A stretch of DNA of 54,413 nucleotides from a virus (IMGVR_UViG_3300030090_000446:1-54413); one strand, 5' to 3'; shown: positions 25,742 through 35,364, counted from the stretch's first letter. Notes: a model not told the origin generated them from the letters alone. Translations and numbers: made by a program.

Positions 25742-25968
25742 CAAATTATAGAAAAAGATATGTTGCAGCAGGTAAAAAATATGCGTCAGATGGTGTGTAT
25801 ATTTGGCAATCACTTTCTAAAAAACCTACTACTGAATTAAAAGCAGAGGTAGAATTTTATGAAAACTACTCTTGGGGTGGTGAGTATATTGAATATGATA
25901 TTCGTGAAGTAGATAAAAAATCTAAGTATGAAATGTTTGATGTGATTGGTGTAGCTTGTGATGACTGA
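25738..25968 (+). CDS. Hypothetical protein
   Basis: Coupled ORF upstream of polA. Confidence 0.55.
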   Translation: MTNYRKRYVAAGKKYASDGVYIWQSLSKKPTTELKAEVEFYENYSWGGEYIEYDIREVDKKSKYEMFDVIGVACDD

Positions 25969-28051
25969 TTATGCAATTGTATTAGATCTTGAAATAGATT
26001 TAGGGGGAGATCGAAAAGATCCTTCACCGTATAACAAAGATAATACTTTCGTAGCATTAGGTTACACATTAAGATCTCCACATGGGTATCTACTTGGTGG
26101 TGCTAGTGAAGTAGTTATCTTAAATATTGAAGATAATAATTTTACTGAGTTTAATACTTTCAAACGTGTACTAAGTAATGCGAAGTATGTTGTGGCTCAC
26201 AATGCTAAGTTTGATGTAGCGTGGTTACGTGAGATTGGTATTAATTGTGATGTAAAGATTATTGATACCATGATCAATGAGTATGTATTGAACAAAGGTG
26301 TTCGTGATAAGTTAAGTCTTGAAGCATTATCTCATAAGTATGACTCTGTAAGGAAGCAGGACGTACTTAAAAATATGCTTAGTAAGGGATTAAACTATAG
26401 TGATCTCCCTAAAAACCTACAGATCTCTTACTTACGTGATGATATATTAGCCACTGCTGATATCTTTCAGAAGCAAGAGAGATTATTTAGAGAAGATCAA
26501 AACTATTCTCTGATACCCATAAGAGATCTTATGTGTGAGTTCTGCTCTGTACTGACAGATATAGAACGATCAGGTATGGCTATTGATATGAACGTCCTTG
26601 ATCAGGTAGATGTAGACTATCAGAAGGAGCAAGAAGAACTTACTCGATATCTTCAAACAGAAACCAGGAAGCTTATGGGTGATAAAGATGTTAATTTATC
26701 CTCCCCTGAACAGCTATCTAGCGTAGTATATTCTTGCAATCTCAAAGATAAAAAGCTCTGGAAAGAGGTTATGGACATAGGTGTAGATGAGAAAGGTAAG
26801 CCAAAGCGTAGACCTTACATGACTCAGGAAGGTTTTATGTCTGCTGCCAAAGAATGTTTTAAGAAAGCATACAAGACTAGAGTTATTAAATGTGGTAGTT
26901 GTTATGGTAAAGGTACTTATTATAAGCTAAAGAAAGATGGTAGCAACTTTAAGAAACCCAGTAAGTGTGAAGGTTGTGGTGGACTAGGTGTACTCTACTT
27001 GGAAGTAGATGAAGTAGCAGGTCTTGGTATCAAGCCTAAAGCAGAACTAGCATCTGCTGGTGGGTTTAAGACTGATAAGATAACGCTGACAGAACATCTT
27101 AGAACTACCACAGATCCTGATGTAAAGAAGTTTCTTGAATCACTGATCAGATTATCAGCAATAGATACATATCGTGCATCCTTCATTGAAGGAATCAAGA
27201 AAGGTATCAAAAGTGATGGACTACTTCATGCTAACTTTAACCAGTGCATAACTTCTACAGGAAGACTCAGTAGTTCTAATCCCAATCTACAAAATATGCC
27301 TAAAGGTAGATTGTTCCCAGTTCGTAAGGCATTCGTAAGTAGATTTAAAGGAGGTACACTTGTCGAAATTGATTACTCTCAACTTGAGTTTAGAATTGCA
27401 GGAATACTCGCAACTGATGAAACAGTTAAACGAGAAGTCGAATCTGGCTTTGACGTTCACGCCTACACTGCCAAAGTCCTCTCCGACAATGGAGAAGTTA
27501 CTGACAGAGGAGCAGCAAAAGCTTCCACCTTCCGTCCATTGTATGGTGGAACTCAAGGAACTCCTGCTCAACAAATTTACTTCAAAGAGTTCTTCGGAAA
27601 GTATCAAGGGATCTTTAAATGGCATGACAAACTCCAAAACGAAGCCATCGCAAACAAAGTAGTGACAACTGCTACAGGTAGACAGTTTAGTTTCCCTGAT
27701 TGTCAGAGAAACAGATCAGGTAATGCTAACTTCAAAACACAGATAGTAAACTATCCTGTACAGTCAGTAGCTACAGCAGAGATTGTACCGTTAGGTGTGA
27801 TATTATTATTCAATAAACTGAAAGAGAAAGGGTTACAAAGTGTAGTAATAAATACAGTACATGACAGTGTATTGATTGATACCCATCCAGATGAGATAGA
27901 TATAGTTAAAGAAGTAGGCCCACAGTGTTTACTAGATGCACAAGATGAAGCTAAGAAACGCTTTGGGCTACCTGATTACATTCCTCTAGAAGTAGAAATA
28001 TCTTATGGAAATAATTGGATGGATCAGGAGGAATTTAATGCAACAATATGA
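25961..28051 (+). CDS. polA: Family A DNA polymerase with 3'-5' exonuclease and a DnaJ-like zinc-finger insert
   Basis: ExoI DLE, ExoII HNAKFD, ExoIII Y...D; TGRLSSSNPNLQN, DYSQLEFR, KASTFRPLYG and VHDS; CGSCYGKG and CEGCGGLG. Confidence 0.95.
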   Translation: MTDYAIVLDLEIDLGGDRKDPSPYNKDNTFVALGYTLRSPHGYLLGGASEVVILNIEDNNFTEFNTFKRVLSNAKYVVAHNAKFDVAWLREIGINCDVKIIDTMINEYVLNKGVRDKLSLEALSHKYDSVRKQDVLKNMLSKGLNYSDLPKNLQISYLRDDILATADIFQKQERLFREDQNYSLIPIRDLMCEFCSVLTDIERSGMAIDMNVLDQVDVDYQKEQEELTRYLQTETRKLMGDKDVNLSSPEQLSSVVYSCNLKDKKLWKEVMDIGVDEKGKPKRRPYMTQEGFMSAAKECFKKAYKTRVIKCGSCYGKGTYYKLKKDGSNFKKPSKCEGCGGLGVLYLEVDEVAGLGIKPKAELASAGGFKTDKITLTEHLRTTTDPDVKKFLESLIRLSAIDTYRASFIEGIKKGIKSDGLLHANFNQCITSTGRLSSSNPNLQNMPKGRLFPVRKAFVSRFKGGTLVEIDYSQLEFRIAGILATDETVKREVESGFDVHAYTAKVLSDNGEVTDRGAAKASTFRPLYGGTQGTPAQQIYFKEFFGKYQGIFKWHDKLQNEAIANKVVTTATGRQFSFPDCQRNRSGNANFKTQIVNYPVQSVATAEIVPLGVILLFNKLKEKGLQSVVINTVHDSVLIDTHPDEIDIVKEVGPQCLLDAQDEAKKRFGLPDYIPLEVEISYGNNWMDQEEFNATI

Positions 28052-28643
28052 ATTAGATATAATAGATAAGGAACAAGAACGTAAAGAACAGTTAAAAAAA
28101 GATTTAAAAATTAAGCAAAAAAGAAAGGAATATAATCAAAGACCAGAGGTTAAAGAAGCAAGAAAGGAATATAATCAAAGACCAGAGGTTAAAGAAGCAA
28201 GAAAAAAATACAGACAAAGACCAGATGTTAAACAAAAAAGAAATAGAGCTAAAGAAGCAAAAAGAAAAATAATAAGAACGGTAGAATCTCCTAAAGATAT
28301 TACTAGACAATGGGCCGCTTTAAAAAGACAGAGACTTATAATAGATACGAGAAGAAGGAAAAATTTAAAAAATATATCTGTTAAATTAACAGCAGAAGAC
28401 ATCTTAGAGTTGATACCTAAAGATTTAAAGTGTCCTGTTTATAAAGTTCCTTTTGTTTTTAATGTTAATAGTCCTTGGAATTTATCTTTCGATAGAATAG
28501 ACAATGAGAAAGAGTATACAAAAGATAACGTGGTTGTAGTTTCTGTAAAAGTTAATACAATAAAAAATACGGCTACATCAAAAGAACTATATAAGATAGC
28601 AGATTTTTATTATGAATTGGAGAAAAATAACCTTGACAAATAG
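28038..28643 (+). CDS. HNH-like (His-Me finger) endonuclease with N-terminal helical repeats
   Basis: CPVY...SFDRIDNEKEYTKDNVVVVSVKVNTIKN; AGGAGG RBS. Confidence 0.75.
   Translation: MQQYELDIIDKEQERKEQLKKDLKIKQKRKEYNQRPEVKEARKEYNQRPEVKEARKKYRQRPDVKQKRNRAKEAKRKIIRTVESPKDITRQWAALKRQRLIIDTRRRKNLKNISVKLTAEDILELIPKDLKCPVYKVPFVFNVNSPWNLSFDRIDNEKEYTKDNVVVVSVKVNTIKNTATSKELYKIADFYYELEKNNLDK
28121..28237 (+). repeat. 39-nt tandem repeat (two exact copies plus one degenerate), encoding RKEYNQRPEVKEA
   Basis: AAGAAAGGAATATAATCAAAGACCAGAGGTTAAAGAAGC at 28121 and 28160. Confidence 0.9.
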
Positions 28644-28661
28644 ACCACTTTATGTTATAAG
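28633..28661 (+). promoter_or_regulatory. Sigma70-type promoter
   Basis: TTGACA-17 nt-TATAAG with TG extension. Confidence 0.7.
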
Positions 28662-28690
28662 CATTGTTCATTTAATGATTGGAGTTTTAC

Positions 28691-29533
28691 ATGAACGGAC
28701 TAATTAAGATAGACGAGAATACTACTGACTTTTCTATGTTATACACTACCCCAATGGATAGTGGACCTAACTTAGCAAGGGCCAGGATTAACAAAGACAA
28801 TACAACAGAACATAATGGAGAGATGGTAGAAGGTATTCCTGCACCATCAATAGCATTGAATCATCCTGACTATGGTGATGTATTTGCTAAAGATACTTAC
28901 TTCAGGATCTTTGCAGAGACTATGCAGACTTCTGTATATGATCCAGACTCTCAGAAGTTCTCCAACATATCTCAGCACTTTATGAGTTTTAAGAATAAAG
29001 CTTTAGATTGGTTTGGTGGAGATAAGTGTGGTTGGGTAAGCAATGCAGAAAGAGAGAAGCTACGTGCTTCTGATCCTATTGCCTATGCTACTGCATCTAA
29101 AGCTAAGTTAAGTAGAAACCTGTTTGGTTTGATACGTATGGATAAACCTGTTGCTGCCTCTGGTGAGAAGGTAGAGATTGATGAGGTTCCATTTAGAATA
29201 AAGCTAGGCCCATCTAACTTCTTTGAGATTGGTAAATTACTACCAATGATTAAAAAACAGTATCAGATGGAGCCGTTTAACTGTGACATAAAGATTGGTT
29301 ATGAGTTGAAGAAAGCAGGTTCTAATAAATATTTTGTATTGAAGTATACTCCTATTGTCAGTGAGCGTAAGGCATTGAACGATACTACAAGAGGATATCT
29401 ACAAGACTTTGCTGATCTTATCACTATGGAAAACGAACAAGTCATTGATAAGATGAGAGAAAATATGGTTCCAAGTGAGGTAAAAACTGATTTGGATGTA
29501 GGTGCAACCATTGATGACGAGATTCCATTCTAG
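28691..29533 (+). CDS. Putative single-stranded DNA-binding protein
   Basis: Acidic C-terminal DDEIPF tail; lies between the polymerase and exonuclease; GGAG RBS. Confidence 0.6.
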   Translation: MNGLIKIDENTTDFSMLYTTPMDSGPNLARARINKDNTTEHNGEMVEGIPAPSIALNHPDYGDVFAKDTYFRIFAETMQTSVYDPDSQKFSNISQHFMSFKNKALDWFGGDKCGWVSNAEREKLRASDPIAYATASKAKLSRNLFGLIRMDKPVAASGEKVEIDEVPFRIKLGPSNFFEIGKLLPMIKKQYQMEPFNCDIKIGYELKKAGSNKYFVLKYTPIVSERKALNDTTRGYLQDFADLITMENEQVIDKMRENMVPSEVKTDLDVGATIDDEIPF

Positions 29534-29534
29534 G

Positions 29535-30395
29535 ATGGATCTACAAACAACTATTGATTCTTACCTAGCAGGTGATCCTAAGATTCCAGATGACATAGTT
29601 TTTAGAGCTAGTCAGATGTTTAATAACAAGCTAGGTAAGTTCAACTTCAGGAGAAAGGGGGGAGCAAAACTTCCCTCTATGTCTCAGGTAGGTAAACCAT
29701 TCTGTCAATTACACGCTGAGAAACTTGGTTGGCCTAAAGCACCTGAGTCTAATTCGTTTCGTATCAAAATGTTGTATGGAGATATGACTGAAGTTATTGC
29801 TGTTGCTATCCTACTGGCAGCAGGAGTAGAAATAGTAGATTTAAATAAACGAGTAGGTTACAAAACTCCTGATGGAGACTATATTAATGGAGAACTTGAT
29901 TTAGTTATCAGGGATGGTAATGGTTTCTCTTTGTGGGATATTAAAAGTGCGTCAAGGTTTGCCTTTGAAAAGAAGTTCGCTTCTTATGAGGCATTGAAAG
30001 AAAATGATGACTTTGGTTACTGCTCACAGTTGTTTGGTTATACTAAAGCTGAACGAGAAGAGACTCCAGAAATAAAAGCAGGTGGTTGGATAGCAATCAA
30101 CAAAGAAACAGGTGATATGAAAATAGTTCAAGCTGATCCTGATGATGAAGAAAGCTATACTAACAAGATAGAAGAAACAATAACTCGATATAAAGAAGCG
30201 AATGAAGATAACTTTGTACGTGGATTTACTGATGAAGAGGAGTTCTTTTATCGTAAACCTACAGGTAATAGAAAACTAGGTATGACTTGTTCTTATTGTA
30301 GTTTTCGATATACTTGTTGGCCTGATCTAAAGTATGAACGCAACCCTAAATCAAAGTCAGCAAATGCCTACCACCACTACACGGTCTTCAAATAG
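29535..30395 (+). CDS. PD-(D/E)XK Cas4-like exonuclease
   Basis: SQVGKPFCQL, GELDL...DIKSAS, GY..QL..Y and CSYCSFRYTCW. Confidence 0.85.
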   Translation: MDLQTTIDSYLAGDPKIPDDIVFRASQMFNNKLGKFNFRRKGGAKLPSMSQVGKPFCQLHAEKLGWPKAPESNSFRIKMLYGDMTEVIAVAILLAAGVEIVDLNKRVGYKTPDGDYINGELDLVIRDGNGFSLWDIKSASRFAFEKKFASYEALKENDDFGYCSQLFGYTKAEREETPEIKAGGWIAINKETGDMKIVQADPDDEESYTNKIEETITRYKEANEDNFVRGFTDEEEFFYRKPTGNRKLGMTCSYCSFRYTCWPDLKYERNPKSKSANAYHHYTVFK

Positions 30396-30759
30396 AATAA
30401 GTGTAGCGTCTGCTAAAGCTAAAGGACGCAAGCTTCAACAGTGGGTACGTAATTACCTTCAACAACATCTTAAAGGTGTTGAGGATGATGATATTACGTC
30501 AACTCCTGGTGGAGTTAATGGACCTGATATAGGTTTAAGTCCTTTGGCACGTAGATTGTTTCCTTGGACAGTTGAATGCAAAGCAAGATCATCCTTTGCT
30601 GTATATGCTGCCTTGGAACAGGCTGAAACTAACATGATGAAAGCTACAAAACCTGTAGCAATCTTAAAAGGTGATCGTAAACGTCCATTGGCATTGATGT
30701 ATGCTGATGATTTTATGGAGCTAACAGTATGTCCGACAAAGAAAAAGATAAAGAAGTAG
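30334..30759 (+). CDS. Holliday junction resolvase-like PD-(D/E)XK endonuclease
   Basis: SAKAKGRKLQQWVR...GPDI...VECK...QA. Confidence 0.8.
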   Translation: MNATLNQSQQMPTTTTRSSNRISVASAKAKGRKLQQWVRNYLQQHLKGVEDDDITSTPGGVNGPDIGLSPLARRLFPWTVECKARSSFAVYAALEQAETNMMKATKPVAILKGDRKRPLALMYADDFMELTVCPTKKKIKK

Positions 30760-31025
30760 CACACGAAATACTTATACCAGACAATACATATGGTATATTT
30801 TGTACATTTGATGAAAAACGTAATGAACTTCAATTATACGATGGTAACTTTAATGGTTCTGAGATGGTTGAAAATATTGGTATTAAAATTAGAGAAGTAT
30901 TAGAAAGTGTAGTTGAAGAAGCATCCATGAGATTAGCTGAACAGTATAATATAAAACCAGCTAAAAAAATAGAAAGAATAGAAGGTAATATTGTATATGC
31001 AAATTTTTCAAAAAGGTTACATTAA
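30729..31025 (+). CDS. Hypothetical protein
   Basis: GGAG RBS; C-terminal GNIVYANF motif. Confidence 0.6.
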   Translation: MSDKEKDKEVAHEILIPDNTYGIFCTFDEKRNELQLYDGNFNGSEMVENIGIKIREVLESVVEEASMRLAEQYNIKPAKKIERIEGNIVYANFSKRLH

Positions 31026-31369
31026 TGATTACAAGAAAAGCCGTACTACAAAAAGCAAGTGAACTTATTACAGGAGATAGGGATAAGGAATATGGGGATG
31101 CATTTACTAACTTTAATGACATAGCACAAGGATGGAGTCTTATATTAAAGAAACACGTAACCAGAGAAGATGTAGCATTATGTATGGCATGGGTTAAGAT
31201 GGCACGATTAGCTAAGAACCCTAGTCATCAGGATAGTTGGATTGACATTGCAGGGTATGCAGGTTTAGGAGGAGAGATAGGCTCAATGGATGCCTCAACT
31301 AAAATAGAAACTGCCAGACAAAAAGAAGTTCTAGCTAAAGTTGAAGCTGAAGTAGATTGGCAATTGTGA
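31025..31369 (+). CDS. DUF6378-like protein
   Basis: GDRDKEYGD...F..IA..W...VA.CM...K.AR...DSWIDIAGYA. Confidence 0.8.
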   Translation: MITRKAVLQKASELITGDRDKEYGDAFTNFNDIAQGWSLILKKHVTREDVALCMAWVKMARLAKNPSHQDSWIDIAGYAGLGGEIGSMDASTKIETARQKEVLAKVEAEVDWQL

Positions 31370-31375
31370 GATAAC

Positions 31376-31552
31376 ATGGTAGTATCTATTTATATAAATG
31401 CCCAGATAGATAATGATGCCTGTTGGGTTCCTGTTGATGGTAAGGCAGGATTAGAAGAAGACATGAAGGAGTTAGTATCATCTGCTGTTTCAGATGCTCT
31501 GGAAGGTATAGTTATAGATAATATAAAGGTAGTGGTAAACGATGACATTTAA
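31376..31552 (+). CDS. 58-aa conserved hypothetical protein upstream of the RNR
   Basis: MVVSIYINAQIDNDACWVPVDG...; fills the gap and overlaps the RNR start. Absent from the ORF track. Confidence 0.6.
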   Translation: MVVSIYINAQIDNDACWVPVDGKAGLEEDMKELVSSAVSDALEGIVIDNIKVVVNDDI

Positions 31553-33245
31553 ATCAAACATGAATCCAATGTTCAGATCCAAATTCTCTGAAGATATATT
31601 TAACTTAAAGTATGCCCATACTGGTTGTGATACATGGGAACAGTTATCAAGAGTACTCGTAGAAGATGTATGCGGTAACTTACGTTCAGGTGAAGAAGCT
31701 TTAATGCGTAAAGAAGAACGTAAAGAACTACAGAAATACATAACAGATCTCAAATTTGTACCTGGAGGTAGATATATTTACTATGCAGGAAGAGAAAGAC
31801 GTTTCTATAATAACTGTTTTCTATTATCCGCTGAAGAGGATACAAGAGAAGATTGGGCTAACCTTAGTTGGAAAGCAGAATCATGTTTGATGACTGGTGG
31901 AGGTATTGGTGTAGATTATTCTATATATCGTGAATCAGGAAGATCTTTGGGTGGATCTGGTGGATTAGCATCTGGTCCGATACCTAAAATGCAGATGATA
32001 AACTCTATAGGTGCTAATGTAATGCAAGGAGGATCACGTAGATCAGCCATGTATGCATCACTTAACTGGAAGCACAATGATATCCCTAGCTTCTTAACTG
32101 CTAAGAACTGGAACGATATGCCTGTTGGTACTACAGGGTTTACATTCAAAGATATTAAGGAACAGGACTTTAACTTCCGCGCACCATTAGATATGACTAA
32201 CATCAGTGTAAACTATGATACTGAATGGTTGATGAACTACTGGAAAACAGGTGATGTTGGGGAAGTGTTTATGAAGAATGTTGAACAGGCATTAACTTCT
32301 GCTGAACCAGGATTTAGCTTTAACTTCATGGAGAATGAAAAGGATACCCTGAGAAATGCTTGTACCGAAGTTACTTCTGCTGATGATAGTGATGTTTGCA
32401 ATCTTGGGAGTATTAACCTTGGACGCATTGATTCACTTCAAGAGCTTGCTAGAGTGGTTGAACTGGCTACTAAATTCTTAATCTGTGGTACATTGAGAGC
32501 AGAGCTACCTTACGCTAAAGTATATGAAATTAGGAAAAAGAATAGAAGACTAGGTTTAGGTCTTATGGGTATGCACGAATGGTTAGTTAAACGAGGGGAG
32601 AAGTATGAAGTTACCCCAGAATTACACAAGTGGTTGTCAATTTATAAAGGTGTCAGTGATAACATCTCTAAGGAATTTTCTGACGAGTTATCCATATCAA
32701 GACCAGTTGCGAACCGCGCTATCGCTCCTACTGGTTCTATTTCTATACTCGCTGGTAGCTCCAGCGGAATAGAGCCTATCTTTGCTGTAGCATACAAGCG
32801 TAGATACTTAACAGGTGGTACTAAGTGGAAGTATCAATATGTTATAGACTCCGCAGCACAAGAGTTAATTGATATGTACGATGCTGATCCTGAAAAGATA
32901 GAATCTGCATTAGATTTAGCAGATGATTACGAAAGAAGAATTAAGTTTCAGGCAGATGTACAGGACTATGTAGATATGTCTATTAGTTCTACTATTAATT
33001 TACCTGCTTGGGGTTCTAAGTTTAATAATGAGGATACTGTAAGTGATTTTGCTAATACATTAGCATCATATGCACATAGGTTACGTGGATTTACAGTGTA
33101 TCCTGATGGTTGCCGTGGTGGTCAACCTCTTTCTGTAGTACCTTACAGTGAGGCAATAGATAAGTTAGGAACAGAGTTTGAAGAAGCCGTTGAGACACAT
33201 GATATCTGTGAAATTACCAATTCAGGAGGGGTTTGTGGCGTATAA
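31542..33245 (+). CDS. nrdJ: Ribonucleotide reductase, probably class II (adenosylcobalamin-dependent)
   Basis: PGGR, NNCF, GGGIG, RRSA, NACTE, CNLGSINL, APTGSIS, QDYVDMSISSTINLP and a C-terminal Cys pair; no beta-subunit gene seen. Confidence 0.85.
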   Translation: MTFKSNMNPMFRSKFSEDIFNLKYAHTGCDTWEQLSRVLVEDVCGNLRSGEEALMRKEERKELQKYITDLKFVPGGRYIYYAGRERRFYNNCFLLSAEEDTREDWANLSWKAESCLMTGGGIGVDYSIYRESGRSLGGSGGLASGPIPKMQMINSIGANVMQGGSRRSAMYASLNWKHNDIPSFLTAKNWNDMPVGTTGFTFKDIKEQDFNFRAPLDMTNISVNYDTEWLMNYWKTGDVGEVFMKNVEQALTSAEPGFSFNFMENEKDTLRNACTEVTSADDSDVCNLGSINLGRIDSLQELARVVELATKFLICGTLRAELPYAKVYEIRKKNRRLGLGLMGMHEWLVKRGEKYEVTPELHKWLSIYKGVSDNISKEFSDELSISRPVANRAIAPTGSISILAGSSSGIEPIFAVAYKRRYLTGGTKWKYQYVIDSAAQELIDMYDADPEKIESALDLADDYERRIKFQADVQDYVDMSISSTINLPAWGSKFNNEDTVSDFANTLASYAHRLRGFTVYPDGCRGGQPLSVVPYSEAIDKLGTEFEEAVETHDICEITNSGGVCGV

Positions 33246-33414
33246 AAGAAGATATCCTTTTCCTATGAGGGATATTCTAGAACAAGGTAGAAACGGATTT
33301 AGGAGGAACAAAAAAAATCCGTTTCCTCCTACTTCCGATAGAGCAAGGGAATGGCAACGAGGCTACAATAAGGAGTATTATAGATGCCTAGCCAACTTAC
33401 GGCAACACTCGTAG
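33235..33414 (+). CDS. Small protein with a ribosome modulation factor-like motif
   Basis: GGAGG RBS plus GTG start; QG..GF...NPF......REWQRGY. Confidence 0.55.
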   Translation: MAYKRRYPFPMRDILEQGRNGFRRNKKNPFPPTSDRAREWQRGYNKEYYRCLANLRQHS

Positions 33415-34070
33415 ATTCTATGGGTACAGACCTTACTGTAGTTAATGCAGCTAGGGTTTCTTTTAATAAAGAATCAGAGTTCTCTGTCTCAGAGATGGGT
33501 GTATTTCTAAAAGCAAAGGATCAAAAGTTATTAGACTTCCTTGCAAGAAACGATCACTTTACACCCTTTACTCATTGCATGATAACGATGCGAGAGAAAG
33601 TACCTCTCTTTGTAGCTAGACAAAGGTTCAAACATACTGTTGGATTTAGTTATAATGAAGTTAGCAGAAGGTATGTAGATGATCTTCCTGAGTTCTATGC
33701 ACCTACAGAGTGGAGAAAGAAAGCTGATGATAGGAAGCAAGGCTCATCAGATGAAATTGTAAATATAAATCCAACTAACCTTATGATAAACGAATATTTT
33801 CAATCTATTAATAAAGCTAAGTGGACTTATATACATTTACTAGGTATGGATGTTTGTCCTGAACAAGCTAGGATGGTTCTACCTCAGTCTACGTTTACTG
33901 AATACTATGTAACAGGATCTCTGTACGCTTGGGCTAGAGCTTATAATTTACGCAGTGAATTTACTGCACAACAAGAGATACAAGACTTGGCAAGTCAATG
34001 GCATGACATTATATTACCATTGTTTCCTGAAAGTTGGATATCTCTAATAACTAACCTTAAAGGAGGTTAA
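33384..34070 (+). CDS. thyX: Flavin-dependent thymidylate synthase
   Basis: VVNAARVSF, HFTPF, ARQRFKH...NEVSRRY and EQARMVLPQS. Confidence 0.92.
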   Translation: MPSQLTATLVDSMGTDLTVVNAARVSFNKESEFSVSEMGVFLKAKDQKLLDFLARNDHFTPFTHCMITMREKVPLFVARQRFKHTVGFSYNEVSRRYVDDLPEFYAPTEWRKKADDRKQGSSDEIVNINPTNLMINEYFQSINKAKWTYIHLLGMDVCPEQARMVLPQSTFTEYYVTGSLYAWARAYNLRSEFTAQQEIQDLASQWHDIILPLFPESWISLITNLKGG

Positions 34071-34071
34071 G

Positions 34072-34392
34072 ATGAGTAAAATACTTAAAGGAGGCTTAAT
34101 TGCTTTATGTTTATTTATGTTCAATGTTTCCGCATCGTATAGCCAAGTACCAGAAAGATCAGGATGCAAAAGTTTGGAAGATGCTAAGACATATATTCAA
34201 GAAAAACACGCCGAACAAATTATATTCCGTGGCATATCAGCCAGAGGACACGTAACATTTATCTTTCTTAATGCTACATCTGGAACCTGGACAGCTGCAA
34301 TCGTAAGACCAGAAGCATCTCAACAGCTATGTTGGGTAGATTCAGGCTTTACAGGTGAACAAATGAAGAAAAAAGACGATATTAGGTGGTAA
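34072..34392 (+). CDS. Exported protein with a signal peptide and two Cys
   Basis: AAGGAGG RBS; hydrophobic N-terminus with an AxS-type cleavage site. Confidence 0.6.
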   Translation: MSKILKGGLIALCLFMFNVSASYSQVPERSGCKSLEDAKTYIQEKHAEQIIFRGISARGHVTFIFLNATSGTWTAAIVRPEASQQLCWVDSGFTGEQMKKKDDIRW

Positions 34393-34534
34393 TTTAGGGC
34401 AAATCCTCTGAGAGCTATTTTAAGCTATGCTACAGAAGATGTAGGTAAAATCTGGACACTACCTACCAGAGACATTGCTTACACCCTCTCCTGCCTCATC
34501 CTACGAGGTCATTTTTTTAAGAATTGAGAAAAAA

Positions 34535-34810
34535 ATGTGGAAAGACCACAAAGGAATACAAATTATTACCAAGACCCCACTATATACCGTTGATTGGTAT
34601 ATCAAGTGGGTATCGAGTATAATACTAATGCTTTCTACAGTATTAACTGCCAACAACATCTACCCATTGAACCTGTATTTCCATTCAATAGGTATTGGTG
34701 GTTGGTTAATTGTAGGAATGTTATGGAATGATAGAGCATTGATGGTTATAAATGCATTTGCTCTAGCTACACTACTGACAAGTTTATTCAGAATACACTT
34801 GACAATGTAG
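34535..34810 (+). CDS. Small multi-TM membrane protein (DUF6552-like)
   Basis: DWYIKW...YPLNL...GWLIVGMLWNDRALMVIN. Confidence 0.7.
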   Translation: MWKDHKGIQIITKTPLYTVDWYIKWVSSIILMLSTVLTANNIYPLNLYFHSIGIGGWLIVGMLWNDRALMVINAFALATLLTSLFRIHLTM

Positions 34811-34822
34811 GGAGAATGTGAT

Positions 34823-35014
34823 ATGTACCATAAAGTAGTAGTAACAAAACCAGAAGGTAATAAAATCAGTAATGGTTTTGCTTTGTTAAGAGATGCCAAG
34901 AAATATGCTAGAAAGTATTCTTGGCCTAATGATCGAGTCCAGATAATAGAAGAGAATCAGGATGAGATGAATATGTTATATGATTATATTGTGGAAGATT
35001 GGAGTAAGAAATGA
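34823..35014 (+). CDS. Hypothetical protein
   Basis: GGAG RBS; ATGA coupling. Confidence 0.5.
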   Translation: MYHKVVVTKPEGNKISNGFALLRDAKKYARKYSWPNDRVQIIEENQDEMNMLYDYIVEDWSKK

Positions 35015-35337
35015 TTAATGAAAATAGTCCTAAAGTAAAGTTACTAATAGGTATATCTATTACTGCATTAATGTTGATCACTGCTATAGGTTTTAGTTAT
35101 GCAGATGCTAAGAAATGGGTACATGACAGTTCATGCCCATATGATAATGTTACTGGTAACTATATAGATAGCAAAGGTAATCAGTATGCCTACGGAACTA
35201 TGGAAACTGCATCTAACTGTGCATTCCTTGGATTACTACCCAAGATCGTGCAGGACAGGTTAGGTTCTCTAGGAGATAAACAAACTCAAAAAGATACGGA
35301 GTTAATATTAAAGTTAAATGCTAACTCGCGTAAGTAA
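35011..35337 (+). CDS. Membrane-anchored or exported protein
   Basis: N-terminal hydrophobic helix and two Cys. Confidence 0.55.
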   Translation: MINENSPKVKLLIGISITALMLITAIGFSYADAKKWVHDSSCPYDNVTGNYIDSKGNQYAYGTMETASNCAFLGLLPKIVQDRLGSLGDKQTQKDTELILKLNANSRK

Positions 35338-35342
35338 GACTT

Positions 35343-35364
35343 GGGGGGATTAATTTCCCCCTTT
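35343..35364. terminator. Hairpin terminator at the convergence of the two arms (probably bidirectional)
   Basis: GGGGGGA-TTAAT-TTCCCCC-TTT between convergent stop codons. Confidence 0.75.

Noticed and set aside
26891-26989. Polymerase insert as an intein
   Set aside because: No splice-junction C...HN/(C,S,T) or LAGLIDADG motifs; it matches the known DnaJ-like finger.
28121-28237. 39-nt repeats as a CRISPR array
   Set aside because: There are no spacers; it is an in-frame coding tandem repeat.
29535-30395. Cas4-like gene as part of a CRISPR system
   Set aside because: No array or other cas genes; it is an ordinary phage replication exonuclease.
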